Source: a virus. Taken from it: 64,000 nt of DNA. The stretch is from IMG/VR virus record IMGVR_UViG_3300028490_000007, positions 1 through 64,000 of that record; one strand, written 5' to 3'. A model generated the notes under the pieces. That model worked only from the letters and a program-made list of their open reading frames with translations, made no database searches and was not told the origin of the DNA. This document shows, piece after piece, positions 17,291 through 27,907 of this stretch (position 1 is its first letter; each line of letters starts with the position of its first letter). The position numbers and the translations under genes were made by a program.

Positions 17291-19198
17291 ATGCCTAACT
17301 TTACTACTCAAATAACAGACGCAAATGTTATTGCTGAACTACCTGACGTAAGTGTACTTGCCGGTCTCTATGCAGATGACTTAACGCAAGCTAATCTTAT
17401 TTCTTCAATGAACTCTGTATCTTTCAGAAAAAAGTTTCAAGCCTTGCTTAACTTTAAACTGTCTGATACTTCAAAGACATCAATGAACGATGCACTAAAA
17501 GCAGGATACATCCAATTTGAAACAGACAACGGACGAACTGTCACTGAGTCAAACGGAAACGTATTTGTAGATGACAGACTTGTCGCTTTTACTGTTGACG
17601 GTTTTGCAGATGGACTATTTGAAGATGCAACTTTTGCTGCATTATTCTTCACTCCTGAAGTTATCGATGCATTATTCGGTTCAGGAGATGAGTCATTCAT
17701 TGCTTCATTAACATCAGTATCTAACTTTTGGGACAAGCTTCTAACAGACGCTACTCTTGCTGCTCACTTTGAGTCTACTTATACTGACATGCTTACATCA
17801 TTAACTAAAAAAGTTGAAGTTGCATATGTTAAATATGTTGCATTCAAAGCAGGACTTGATGTACAAAAGTACAAAACAATAGAGTATTTAGCAGAAGACT
17901 CACCGGCAATGGATGCCATCTTCCTTACTCCTGAAGCTAAAGCTATCGAGGGTGACTCTACTTTTGGTGTTAGATCAAGACTTATGTACGTATTCAACAC
18001 TACTGACCTAGATGCTATTGCAGATAGTGACGATAACATTGCTAGACTTGTGTCTGACACAGCTCTTCGTAACATTGTTGTAGATATTGATACTGTACTA
18101 GCACTTCCTGTTGGAAGCAAGATGAGAAACTTTGTTGTTAATAACGATGGGTATTTTGGAGCTATTGCTGCAGAGCGTCTATCTATTGAGACTACAATCT
18201 CTTTATCAAACATCTTCTACGATGAGACATTTGCCTCTGAAAGAACAGCGTTTGTTCAAGACCAAGAACTTGTAGGTCTATTGTTCGAGAGTGCATTGTA
18301 TGCTAACTTTGAACAGCAATTCTATACGGCGTTTACAGCACTTAATGTATCTGCTCAGAAGTTCTCGTTCAAAGTAAATGAAGTAGGAAATACTCTTGCT
18401 GCACACTATACGAACTCTTCTTTTGAAGCTAAGAAATTAGCATTATCTTTGGACTCGTTCACAGAAACTAAAGCAGGAGCTATTTCTACAATCGTAACTG
18501 ACGAGCGTATCTTCTTTGCTCCTTATACTTTCATTGACGAAAGTCTTATTGGTGTACAAATCGACCATGGTATTGAGTTTACTAACTCAGACAACTATAA
18601 CCTATACAATGAGCTTCTTGATGACTCATTCAATACTGTTATTGGTGGCTCAGGACATATCCTTGCTATCGCTACAGACGGACGTGTTGTTTCTTCTAAA
18701 TTCGCAGTTGACTTAAACTTGTCTACTGAGACTATTGAGAACATTACTGTTTCAGCTAATAATGCATTCATTAAGACAGCAGAGTCTTTCCATGCTATCG
18801 GAAACCTTGGTGCAGACAGAGCTGATATTATCAACACTTTAATCACGAACAAAGACACTCTTTCAAAAGCTGTGTACTTCAACGGTAATGTTCTTGGTCT
18901 AGGAACAGATAACAAAATCAAGATCGTAGATGCCGCAGGTGTTAGTGACTTGTCTGTAACAGCAGGACTTGACATTGAAGACATTATGGTTATCGCAGGG
19001 AAGCTTCTTATTCTTGCTACTGATGCAGAGCTTAGTGAAGTGAAAGCAGACAATACTATTGTTGCTATTGCAAGCACTGTCGGAAGCGTTGTATATTCTC
19101 AAGATGCTATTGTATGTACTGTAGCCGGTGCAGAAAGAGCAATCTTCTCAAACTCTGGTACTTGGTTGACTTACGACTTCAACGTAAATACACTTTAA
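17291..19198 (+). CDS. probable tail fibre/structural protein
   Basis: 635 aa acidic, helical middle, beta-propeller-like C-terminus. Confidence 0.5.
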   Translation: MPNFTTQITDANVIAELPDVSVLAGLYADDLTQANLISSMNSVSFRKKFQALLNFKLSDTSKTSMNDALKAGYIQFETDNGRTVTESNGNVFVDDRLVAFTVDGFADGLFEDATFAALFFTPEVIDALFGSGDESFIASLTSVSNFWDKLLTDATLAAHFESTYTDMLTSLTKKVEVAYVKYVAFKAGLDVQKYKTIEYLAEDSPAMDAIFLTPEAKAIEGDSTFGVRSRLMYVFNTTDLDAIADSDDNIARLVSDTALRNIVVDIDTVLALPVGSKMRNFVVNNDGYFGAIAAERLSIETTISLSNIFYDETFASERTAFVQDQELVGLLFESALYANFEQQFYTAFTALNVSAQKFSFKVNEVGNTLAAHYTNSSFEAKKLALSLDSFTETKAGAISTIVTDERIFFAPYTFIDESLIGVQIDHGIEFTNSDNYNLYNELLDDSFNTVIGGSGHILAIATDGRVVSSKFAVDLNLSTETIENITVSANNAFIKTAESFHAIGNLGADRADIINTLITNKDTLSKAVYFNGNVLGLGTDNKIKIVDAAGVSDLSVTAGLDIEDIMVIAGKLLILATDAELSEVKADNTIVAIASTVGSVVYSQDAIVCTVAGAERAIFSNSGTWLTYDFNVNTL

Positions 19199-19207
19199 TA
19201 GGAGGAC

Positions 19208-20470
19208 ATGATGGACGTTAATCTACCTTATCTCGGATCAAGTGAGGCTTCTGGCCCATCTGTCGAGAATATCAGCATCTCAGGAAACGTAGGCATTTTG
19301 GCTGCGGTGGTTCCTGTTAACGCATCAGTAAGACCTATTGAGGCGATAGCCACAGCAGACTTTATTGTAGGAGCGGACACCACTGAATTTCATGTTGATA
19401 TAGACATGAAACAAACAGGGAACATCCTGCAGAAGTCTGGTACTATCAATATGTCTGGGGATGTTATCCAAGACAGCTCAACGGGAGCAATCCTAACCGG
19501 AGAAGCTACTGAGCTTGTCGAAGAGCCAACTAATGCTCCTGTATTGTCAACGACCATACATGAAGTATCTGTTGATGTTAATGTTGCTCTTCATGGTGAA
19601 GCAAAAGAACAAGTAGCTGGGTCAGTTATTGATGTCAGCTTGGTAAACAAGACTGAAGTCCACTACTATGATATTTCATACAACCTACTAAACCTATTTG
19701 CAATTTCTCAGAGAATTCCATTCTTTGCAGGTAAAATTGTAGCCAGATCAAGTCACTTTGATGATTTCAATATGACTGCAGAAACAACAGAAACAGGTGA
19801 CGTAATTCTGAATGGCTCTGTCATAGAGAGTAATGAACACGAGAGTGTTGAGATTAATGTTCCTGTAACAAGTATCGCCCATGGGTTACTAGACAACTTT
19901 ACTATGTCTGGCTCAAGTACGATCCTAGACTATGTTGCTATCTCCCCTGTCTCTGCATTTGCGGTATCACTATCTATCCCTATAAGCATGAGTGGAAAAG
20001 CAGAGAGTGGTTCACAACCACAGTTCTCTGTGGATGCAGCCATCAACAGTGTGGATGTTCGTCTTACAGCAGAAGTGTATGACCAGGATGCAGTAAGATA
20101 TGAGATTGCAGATATAGACCAAGGTGTTGCAGACGGAAAGATTAAGATCTTCCCTAATGAATGGACTTTGTGTTTTGCAAACAAACCTGTTAATGAGGAT
20201 GGTACTCTGGCAACAGCAACATCGTTCCTTATTAATGAGCTTGTTGCAAAGTATGGTTCTGACCTTCATACTAAAATTTCAATGATCGTTGCGAAGCATC
20301 CAGAAACCGGTGCCGAGTATAACTTTGTTGTTCAAGATGGGTACATTACCCCTGAAGGTTCAATGAACGACTTCCCTATGTGCTATCTTAGAGATGGTGC
20401 TTACTACCCTGTGCCTTTTATGGTACAATCTGTTTCAGATGAAACACTAGAACTAGACTGGGCTGTATAA
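19208..20470 (+). CDS. hypothetical structural protein
   Basis: 420 aa acidic, beta-rich; AGGAGG RBS. Confidence 0.55.
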   Translation: MMDVNLPYLGSSEASGPSVENISISGNVGILAAVVPVNASVRPIEAIATADFIVGADTTEFHVDIDMKQTGNILQKSGTINMSGDVIQDSSTGAILTGEATELVEEPTNAPVLSTTIHEVSVDVNVALHGEAKEQVAGSVIDVSLVNKTEVHYYDISYNLLNLFAISQRIPFFAGKIVARSSHFDDFNMTAETTETGDVILNGSVIESNEHESVEINVPVTSIAHGLLDNFTMSGSSTILDYVAISPVSAFAVSLSIPISMSGKAESGSQPQFSVDAAINSVDVRLTAEVYDQDAVRYEIADIDQGVADGKIKIFPNEWTLCFANKPVNEDGTLATATSFLINELVAKYGSDLHTKISMIVAKHPETGAEYNFVVQDGYITPEGSMNDFPMCYLRDGAYYPVPFMVQSVSDETLELDWAV

Positions 20471-20496
20471 GCTCGGTCTACTCCCGGAGAAAAACA

Positions 20497-20730
20497 ATGA
20501 CTATAAATATACTTTTTAAATTTGACACAGACATGGATACTTTCTTTAGCCAATTCTCAAACAACTTACCAGAAATTGTAAGAACTGCAGAAGTACAGGT
20601 TAAGCACAAAAGTGTAGTTCTAAGCATTGACCCATTCCACGAAGACTCTCTGGACGTAGAGAAAGTCTTGGTGAACGACATAAAACAATACATGAGAGAT
20701 AATGAAATCGATCATGAGATAACAGTATAA
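20497..20730 (+). CDS. hypothetical protein
   Basis: 77 aa, GGAG RBS. Confidence 0.6.
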   Translation: MTINILFKFDTDMDTFFSQFSNNLPEIVRTAEVQVKHKSVVLSIDPFHEDSLDVEKVLVNDIKQYMRDNEIDHEITV

Positions 20731-20739
20731 GAGGCAACT

Positions 20740-22047
20740 ATGTTAACAAAGATAATAGACTTTCAGGTAGGACAAATGGAGATTGAGCACAGTTCTTGTT
20801 TTGGTGGCGTTTGCCCAATGACCAAGACTGCATCAGAGAACCCTCTTGAGAAGATCAACCAAAAGAAAAACCATGCATACCTACATGTTATTGCTATGGG
20901 TGCAGGTGACTTCTATGGAGAGAACAACAATGGTGACTTCTTCTACGAGAAAGACCTTAGAGAATATTACAAGACATTTGAGACAGCAGGTATTTTTGTA
21001 CAGCATTTCAACAAAGACCCTTCTAAGTCAATAGGTAATATTGTAAAGGCTATATATAATGAGGACATGCATCGTGTTGAGCTTCTTCTTGAGATAAAAA
21101 AGAGTAAAGCAAAAGATATCTATGATGATATCGAAGCAGGAAGAAGAATTAAAGTGTCAATGGGTGTTAAGGTTCCTCAAGAGATGTGTTCATATTGTGG
21201 CTCAATCACAAAAGGGTCTCTTGCCAATAGATGTAACCACTTGAAGTTCGAGATGCATGAACAGAAAGAGAATGGCCAAATTGTATATGCTATAAATATA
21301 CCTCCTATGAATTTCTTTGACATATCTGTAGTGCGTAAGCCTGCGGACACTCAAGGGCATGCTTTGTTTCAAAAGGTTGCATCAGAAGAGGAAGAATTTT
21401 CTATGCAGGACAAGGTAGCAGAACTTGTAAAAAGGATAGAGGCTATAGACGCTCTTCCTAATGCTGTAAGTGTAGACGAGATGGATAAATTCAGAAAAGG
21501 GTTCAGTCCAGAAGCTATAGTTAGAATAGTTAACTCAAAGCATATGATGTTCAAGCCATCAGAAGCACTGTTTATTGGGTCCAAGATGCCCAAGGAGGAG
21601 TTTTCTTCATGTCAGGCTACTTGTGATACTCCGGGCTTCATTAAGATCCTCATGGACAAGCTACATTCACAGCCACCATGTGCAATGATGAAACATGCTT
21701 CCGACACAGACTTGGACTACTCTAATGATTTTATAGCCAAGATAGAAGCTCGTACATTTTTAATCAAAGAAGCCATGAATGCAGTAAACAGCACAGACTT
21801 CTTTGGAAACCAGAAGAAGGCACGTCCTGCTTCTGTGGCAAGAAGGGCTTTTAATAGACATAAGTTTTCTCAATACAAAGTAAACTTTACTGATGGGAAA
21901 AGTGTAACTCTTTCAAGACAGGGGTTTGGTGTAACATCAGATATCCCTGCATACTATGTAGACCTTGTTGATGATGGGTTTGCTCACAATATCACTGGTG
22001 TACGTGCAAATGGAGATGAAGCAATCTTATATGCAGGAGAGAAGTAA
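20740..22047 (+). CDS. putative prohead (capsid maturation) protease
   Basis: HVIAMGAGDFYGENNNGDFF, FVQHFNKD, VSMG, CSYCG..C.H, FFDISVVRKPAD; resembles HK97/assemblin-type proteases; flanked by KTAS/KVAS motifs. Confidence 0.65.
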   Translation: MLTKIIDFQVGQMEIEHSSCFGGVCPMTKTASENPLEKINQKKNHAYLHVIAMGAGDFYGENNNGDFFYEKDLREYYKTFETAGIFVQHFNKDPSKSIGNIVKAIYNEDMHRVELLLEIKKSKAKDIYDDIEAGRRIKVSMGVKVPQEMCSYCGSITKGSLANRCNHLKFEMHEQKENGQIVYAINIPPMNFFDISVVRKPADTQGHALFQKVASEEEEFSMQDKVAELVKRIEAIDALPNAVSVDEMDKFRKGFSPEAIVRIVNSKHMMFKPSEALFIGSKMPKEEFSSCQATCDTPGFIKILMDKLHSQPPCAMMKHASDTDLDYSNDFIAKIEARTFLIKEAMNAVNSTDFFGNQKKARPASVARRAFNRHKFSQYKVNFTDGKSVTLSRQGFGVTSDIPAYYVDLVDDGFAHNITGVRANGDEAILYAGEK

Positions 22048-23450
22048 TGAGTGGTCACGTTGGAGTTAAGTCTGGACGTGTAAAATCTGTCACAGAAGGC
22101 GAGACAGTAATTGAACTAGACAACGGTCATGAATTAACACTCCCTAGATATCTAGGAGAAAGTCCAAGAAGAGGAGCTGCTGTAGTAGTAGACTTCTCTT
22201 CTGGTGATGCACAAATATTCCCTGCTCCCCCACTAATGAAAGTATCTAAGCAAAAAAGATACATGAACTTCAATGCTGTTGAGAAAGACGGAACGAAGCC
22301 CACAGTAGAGCCTGAGCAGAAGCCTATGAAGAGAGGCGAGGGAAAGAAGGACGTTCAAGAGATTGCACAATATAGCCTGTTTGGTTTTGCGGATACTCCC
22401 TATGGAGCCAGAACCCTTACTGCAGGAAATGGTAACTTATGCTTTGCAAGTCCAACGGCTGTAGGTATGGCTACCTCTTGTAGTGCAAAATTTATTATAC
22501 GTGATGATGGAACATCAGAGTTTGTTACTCCACACTATATGGCACTGGAAGGAAGAACAATAGTAATTAGTTCATTCCATGATAATCTAAAAATAGAAAT
22601 AGATATATCTTCTTCAAAGCTTGGAAAGTCCCCTATTGATTTTACGGACTTAAAAGAAAAGCTTGCCAACTTCATGGTAGGAAAAGATATTGTAGAGCCA
22701 ATGACATATGAAGAGGCTTTCTTGGCAGTTTCTGGGTCTGCACCAGAAGCAGCATTTCTACAAATGTTCGGGCTTCATTTAGCTGAACTACTTGTGACTT
22801 TTAAGTGGGAAAGATTATTGTTCCGAGGAAATGAACAAACTTTTCACGAGGTATTTGGCTCCGTATCGTCACTGGATGCGATGTACCAATTCTGTCAAGA
22901 CTGCTACAATACAGACTCTGTGGCTGAACTGGAAGTATTTCTAATTGACGGACTTCCTGATGATCCAACAGAAGAAGTAAATGTTCCTTCTTGTGAAGAT
23001 AAGACATATGGAACTATTGGTTCAATGGGAGCTGTTGTAGGGCAAGACTTCTTTGAGATATTCGCTTTAAACATGACGCTTAAAGATGGTACAGTTATAG
23101 AATACAACAGGGCTAAAAGAGTGTATTCTCTATCCCATGGAATTATGGCTAGTCACCAATGGACATCTTCAAATAAGGGAGCTATCTATTGTGACAACTA
23201 TACTGTAAATATAGACTCGCTTGCGTTCCCTGATTTGACGGTGTCCCCATCGGCAGAGGGTTTTTGTGGTGGCACTATTGCTATCCCAACAATTACCTGG
23301 GGTGGAGACTTCAACTTAAACGTGCTTGGTGATGCATCTATTACAGCCGCAGGAGACACTCTCTTGTATGGTGGTGGTAGAGCAATTATCGGAGGTGGAT
23401 CAAAAGGTATTCTTATTGACTCCTCTGGTTCGGCAGCAATCACCCTATAG
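22047..23450 (+). CDS. putative baseplate spike (gpV/gp5-like)
   Basis: N-terminal OB-like GRVKSV...P..GAAVVV and C-terminal beta repeats GDFNLNVLGDASITAAGD. Confidence 0.45.
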   Translation: MSGHVGVKSGRVKSVTEGETVIELDNGHELTLPRYLGESPRRGAAVVVDFSSGDAQIFPAPPLMKVSKQKRYMNFNAVEKDGTKPTVEPEQKPMKRGEGKKDVQEIAQYSLFGFADTPYGARTLTAGNGNLCFASPTAVGMATSCSAKFIIRDDGTSEFVTPHYMALEGRTIVISSFHDNLKIEIDISSSKLGKSPIDFTDLKEKLANFMVGKDIVEPMTYEEAFLAVSGSAPEAAFLQMFGLHLAELLVTFKWERLLFRGNEQTFHEVFGSVSSLDAMYQFCQDCYNTDSVAELEVFLIDGLPDDPTEEVNVPSCEDKTYGTIGSMGAVVGQDFFEIFALNMTLKDGTVIEYNRAKRVYSLSHGIMASHQWTSSNKGAIYCDNYTVNIDSLAFPDLTVSPSAEGFCGGTIAIPTITWGGDFNLNVLGDASITAAGDTLLYGGGRAIIGGGSKGILIDSSGSAAITL

Positions 23451-23504
23451 AAAAACACATTTTTTGTGTATAATAACAGTAACTAAAAAAACAGGAGTAT
23501 CAAA

Positions 23505-24047
23505 ATGGCTACTAACTACGAACAAATTCAAGCTGACTTAGCTTTATGTAATATCACAATGTGGGAACCGGACTCACTAGCAACAGTACAACTTAGCGTG
23601 TGCAGATTAACATGTATGGAGGGTGAAATTGACAGCGTTGTGACCAAGGTTACTGCGGCAGCAAATGCACTTACAGACATTGAAGATGTTGCGACAACAG
23701 ACAGTGGGATTAGCGATGTCAAGTTTCTAATCAACAGTGTTAGAGGTGCTTTCGCATGGGCGATGACTCCAACTATTAGTGGTGTTATTGACTTTTCATA
23801 CAACCCGAATTCTGAGTTTTACAATGACTACATTATTCCAAATGTATCTACTCTTCTTGTGCCTATCGAAGAAGATGATGGTCAAGGTGGAACACAAGCT
23901 AGAACCGATGCTGCTATCCTACGTGATAGACAGAATAAGCTACAGGCAAGCCCTGCAGATGTTGTAGAAACTACCGTAACTGCACTAAATGCGTTCAAGG
24001 CTATTGTTTCAGCTAAGAGAGCACAACTAGAAGCAACTTACGCTTAA
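23505..24047 (+). CDS. hypothetical protein
   Basis: 180 aa, AGGAG RBS, TATAAT upstream. Confidence 0.65.
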   Translation: MATNYEQIQADLALCNITMWEPDSLATVQLSVCRLTCMEGEIDSVVTKVTAAANALTDIEDVATTDSGISDVKFLINSVRGAFAWAMTPTISGVIDFSYNPNSEFYNDYIIPNVSTLLVPIEEDDGQGGTQARTDAAILRDRQNKLQASPADVVETTVTALNAFKAIVSAKRAQLEATYA

Positions 24048-24056
24048 GGTTAACCC

Positions 24057-25799
24057 ATGGATGCACTAAGAGAACTCAACAAGCTTATGCCAAGCGACGT
24101 ACAGTTTACTGGTGCAGACATGCCTTTAACTAAGGCATCTATAATGCCGAAGTTAACACAATTCGCTTCCAAACACCCTTCCCTCTACGCACAAAAGATA
24201 CACAAAATACGTGAACTCGGAGAAGAGCTTGCCTACTTAAATGGTCACAACATGGGACCAAAAGATTTAACATATTCAAACCAAAAAGATATTGATAAGC
24301 TTCTGTCCACCGAAGATGCTAAGGTTCGTAAGATGAGCCCAGAAAAAGCAAAGACGCATCTTATCAATGTATTTAATCAAGTCCAGAACATAGTTATGAA
24401 AAACAAGGATAACAACCTAGTGTCTCAGGCTGCTTCTAAGGGAAGAGGTAATCCTGCCACAGCTTCAAGGATTGGAGCAGGAGTTGTATATGCAGTAGAT
24501 ATGAATTCAGAGCCCTACCCCTTTATGATAAAGAACAGTTTATCTACAGGACTAAATGCTCATGAGCAATATGTATCTGGAGGACAAGCAAGATATGCTG
24601 CCGTTCAAGCAGCCGTATCTACTTCTGAACCAGGAGCAATGGGCAAGGTTCTTATTGCAAATACCGAAGACCTAAAGATCGCAGAAAAAGATTGTGGGAC
24701 AAGAAACGGTATCATGGTTCCGGTTATGGGGAATGATGCTATATCAAGATATGAAGCAGGAACGAACAAACTTGTAGATGAGCAATATCTAAAATCCTTG
24801 AGAGCAAGAGGCAAGCGTAAGATTAAAGTCCGATCACCAATAACTTGCAAGTCAAGACATGGCGTGTGCTCAATGTGTATGGGAAAAAATTCTAACGGCA
24901 ATCTTCCAACAGTAGGTCACAATGTTGGGATAGAGGCTGCTCAATCTATGTCTGAAAAAGCAATACAGCTCATTCTTAGTGCAAAGCATAATGTCGCAGG
25001 TAAGACAGCTTCTCATATTCCTACAGGATTTCAGGCAGCCAAGATACTGCTAAACTCGACAGAGAAATTCAAAGGGAAGGCGGCTGTATCCTCTATTGGT
25101 GGAAATGTCAAGTCTATACACAAGCTTACTACTGGTGGGTACAATATCAACATATCGGGAGTAGACCACTTTACTTCACAGCATGTTTCCCCGAAGGTTA
25201 CAGTTGGGTCAGTGGTAGACAAGGGAGATATCTTAACTAATGGTATCGCCTCTACAAAAGATATTCTATCCCACAGAGGCGTATTAGAAGCCAGAAAGTA
25301 TTTGTCTGACGAGTTGGACAAAGTGCATGGTGGCTCCATAGACAAGAGAAACTTTGAAGTTGTAAGTAGAGGGTATCTAAACCTCGTTAAACCGATGAGC
25401 GATAAGTCTCATGGCAATATGAAAACATTTGACGAATTTGTTCCAACTATAAATGGAACACATATGAAAATGATGAACACATCAGACAAGCAAATAACTA
25501 AAAAATTCTTAGCTGAACCGGCTCTGCATTTTAGCCCAGGTAAACAAATTACAAAAACAGTGGCTGGCTATTTAAAGAAAAATGGGGTAAAATCCGTTAA
25601 GGTTTCTCATACTCCTCTTGATTACACACCTGTATTCAAGACGTATGAGCAGAGACCTCTATTCAATAAGTCTATGTGGCAACAGATAAACTATAGAGGC
25701 ATCAAGAAGGGACTCACTGATGGACTACTGTCCGGAGGTGAAGAGGATCTTAATCATATAAAGTCTGATAGAGCCCGTTTCGCTCTAGGCATACTATAA
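24057..25799 (+). CDS. DNA-directed RNA polymerase beta' subunit, C-terminal (RpoC2-like) half
   Basis: bridge helix GLNAHEQYVSGGQARYAAVQAAVSTSEPG, Zn site DCGT...VRSPITC....GVCSMC, trigger loop AAQSMSEKAIQLILSAKH, IDKRNFEVV; no NADFDGD. Confidence 0.9.
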   Translation: MDALRELNKLMPSDVQFTGADMPLTKASIMPKLTQFASKHPSLYAQKIHKIRELGEELAYLNGHNMGPKDLTYSNQKDIDKLLSTEDAKVRKMSPEKAKTHLINVFNQVQNIVMKNKDNNLVSQAASKGRGNPATASRIGAGVVYAVDMNSEPYPFMIKNSLSTGLNAHEQYVSGGQARYAAVQAAVSTSEPGAMGKVLIANTEDLKIAEKDCGTRNGIMVPVMGNDAISRYEAGTNKLVDEQYLKSLRARGKRKIKVRSPITCKSRHGVCSMCMGKNSNGNLPTVGHNVGIEAAQSMSEKAIQLILSAKHNVAGKTASHIPTGFQAAKILLNSTEKFKGKAAVSSIGGNVKSIHKLTTGGYNINISGVDHFTSQHVSPKVTVGSVVDKGDILTNGIASTKDILSHRGVLEARKYLSDELDKVHGGSIDKRNFEVVSRGYLNLVKPMSDKSHGNMKTFDEFVPTINGTHMKMMNTSDKQITKKFLAEPALHFSPGKQITKTVAGYLKKNGVKSVKVSHTPLDYTPVFKTYEQRPLFNKSMWQQINYRGIKKGLTDGLLSGGEEDLNHIKSDRARFALGIL

Positions 25800-25815
25800 A
25801 AACAAGGAGAAACAA

Positions 25816-26067
25816 ATGATAGTAGAATACGTAATTAACCCAGTCAAGATTTCATGGGAATACTTAAAATCGAGCAAGACTCTTATCTTCAACTTCGTCT
25901 TAGGTCTCGCAGGAGCAATCGAGGCATATTCAGGTTTTCTTGGTGGGTTATTCCCAACACAAGAAATATTCGGTATGTTCATGGTGTCAATCGCAACAGT
26001 CGGAGCTATGCTTAGATTTGTAACGAGTAGACCTCTTTCTGAAAAAGTAGCAGAGGGAGACCTGTAA
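25816..26067 (+). CDS. putative holin
   Basis: 83 aa, two TM segments, charged C-terminus, heads a spanin-like pair. Confidence 0.55.
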   Translation: MIVEYVINPVKISWEYLKSSKTLIFNFVLGLAGAIEAYSGFLGGLFPTQEIFGMFMVSIATVGAMLRFVTSRPLSEKVAEGDL

Positions 26068-26372
26068 TGTTTGCTCCAGATATAATGACATATGTACTTG
26101 GAGCACTTGTAGCAATACTTGGTGCTCTCGGCTTATACACTAGAGGACAACACTACAAGATAAAGAGTCTTGACAGTGAAGTTAAAACAGCAGAAGGCAA
26201 AGTCGTTGCGGCAAACAAAGTCGCTAAGATAAGCAAGGCAAAAGCAGATCTTCACAAAGATGTCGCAAAGACTGTAGTGAAGAATACAAATATCTCGAAA
26301 GAGAAAGTAAAACAAATTCAGGAGAAAATCGATGAAATTAAAGATGGCGAAGATTTCACTGTGGTTATCTAG
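26067..26372 (+). CDS. putative i-spanin (Rz-like)
   Basis: single N-terminal TM followed by a coiled-coil domain. Confidence 0.6.
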   Translation: MFAPDIMTYVLGALVAILGALGLYTRGQHYKIKSLDSEVKTAEGKVVAANKVAKISKAKADLHKDVAKTVVKNTNISKEKVKQIQEKIDEIKDGEDFTVVI

Positions 26373-26682
26373 TGTTGCAATCGCTTTCGGGTTGACTGGA
26401 TGCTTCGGCACCTGTCCTGCTCCTGTAGTGATTGTTCCAAACCCAGAACTGGTTTACCCAAGCTTTGACACAAATAAGAGCTTGGTTATAAATGGTAGAA
26501 AAGAGAACGGGAACATAATCCTGTCACCTAAAGTGTTCAAGGCTATGACTACCGAACTCGTCGAGCGTAAGTATCAGGTCAAGACTCTTACTCAAATTAT
26601 GAAGACTTACAACAAGTGGGACCCCACTGCAGTACAAGTAAAACAAAAAGAAGAGCCTAGCAAGAATTGGTTCGGCTTCTAA
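26332..26682 (+). CDS. putative o-spanin lipoprotein (Rz1-like)
   Basis: signal with lipobox LTGC, Pro-rich CPAPVVIVPNP, overlaps the i-spanin 3' end. Confidence 0.65.
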   Translation: MKLKMAKISLWLSSVAIAFGLTGCFGTCPAPVVIVPNPELVYPSFDTNKSLVINGRKENGNIILSPKVFKAMTTELVERKYQVKTLTQIMKTYNKWDPTAVQVKQKEEPSKNWFGF

Positions 26683-26817
26683 AACACCTCCAAATTGGGT
26701 GCGACTATATCTGTCGTACCTACATTCCACAACAAAGCCTATTGTTATCAAAGAACTTTTGCTATAATATTGAGAACGTAACTGTATTTTATACAAAACC
26801 AATCGGAGTATTGACCA

Positions 26818-27417
26818 ATGATTACATGTAAAGAACTAGAAAAGACCGCTGCCTCCGTGGAAGCAGACGGCTTTGAAGATGAAAACCAAGAGAGACTTGA
26901 GAAAACAGCACAGGCATTATACTTGCTTGACCACCTAGAGAAAGAGATAGCTTCTGACTTTAAGGGTGTTGATTTCGAGAAGACAGCCGGGTTCGGCAAA
27001 AAAATGACACGTGGATTAGCTCAGACAGCAGTTGTTGGTTTGGGCGTAGCTATGGCAGGTAAGCTTGCCGAGCATGCCGAAAAGTCATACGATAAGCATA
27101 TGTTCAATAAACACCAGAACGGTCTCATCGCTTTTGCAAGAAGAGAAAACCCTAGCCTTCAAGGTGTAAGCAATGGGAAAATGAAGATGTGGCTACGTAG
27201 TGCATATTCTGTTTCTCCCAAAGTAGCAAACGATCCAATGCTTGCCTCAACCTTTCTAAACACAGCTCATGCCGTAGGTGGTGTTGATTTAAACACTGCC
27301 AAGACAGTCAGCGATATAAATGCAAAAGGGGGAGGAGATTACTCAAAAGTATATGATGCAATTCGTGGATCATCTTCAAATCTCCCCTCTTATGCTATGT
27401 CTTCTTCAGGAGCGTAA
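26818..27417 (+). CDS. putative internal head protein with K-x-A processing sites
   Basis: three EKTA motifs in an acidic N-terminus, then a basic/hydrophobic domain. Confidence 0.55.
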   Translation: MITCKELEKTAASVEADGFEDENQERLEKTAQALYLLDHLEKEIASDFKGVDFEKTAGFGKKMTRGLAQTAVVGLGVAMAGKLAEHAEKSYDKHMFNKHQNGLIAFARRENPSLQGVSNGKMKMWLRSAYSVSPKVANDPMLASTFLNTAHAVGGVDLNTAKTVSDINAKGGGDYSKVYDAIRGSSSNLPSYAMSSSGA

Positions 27418-27418
27418 C

Positions 27419-27907
27419 ATGGGACCACTTGACCAAAAAAATGAAAAAAAGAAACCACAGAAGCCTATCCTCAAGAAAAACAAACCTGTATTTAGTGGCA
27501 ACTTTGCAGACTTCAATCCTGAGACAGGAGAAAAAGTAGCAGATGCTCAACAGCAAGGTGCTCTAGCAAAAATGGAAGCTCTTGGTGAGGCGAAGAAAAC
27601 TAGACGTTCTGCGTCAAACAAAGAAGAGACACTAAAGGATGCAGCAACCGGTGGTTCTCTATCTTTTCTTGTATCAAATTCAGCGGTAGCAAAAGACAGT
27701 ACAAGATTTAAGGCTTTAACGGCACTTCGTAAAAAAGGTCTTATTGGTGTTGGTGGAGCTATTGGGGCAGGTGTACTATCTCAAAGAAAGCAGAAAAGCG
27801 AATACAACCGGCAACAAGCTTCGAGAGAGCTGTTCGCAGGCAAAAAGACTGGTCGTTCAGAAGCGTACAAGAGCTATCTGAATGGTAAGTACAATAAGGA
27901 CAAATAG
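27419..27907 (+). CDS. basic hypothetical virion protein
   Basis: AGGAG RBS before MGPLDQ; Lys-rich with GLIGVGGAIGAGVL segment. Confidence 0.55.
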   Translation: MGPLDQKNEKKKPQKPILKKNKPVFSGNFADFNPETGEKVADAQQQGALAKMEALGEAKKTRRSASNKEETLKDAATGGSLSFLVSNSAVAKDSTRFKALTALRKKGLIGVGGAIGAGVLSQRKQKSEYNRQQASRELFAGKKTGRSEAYKSYLNGKYNKDK

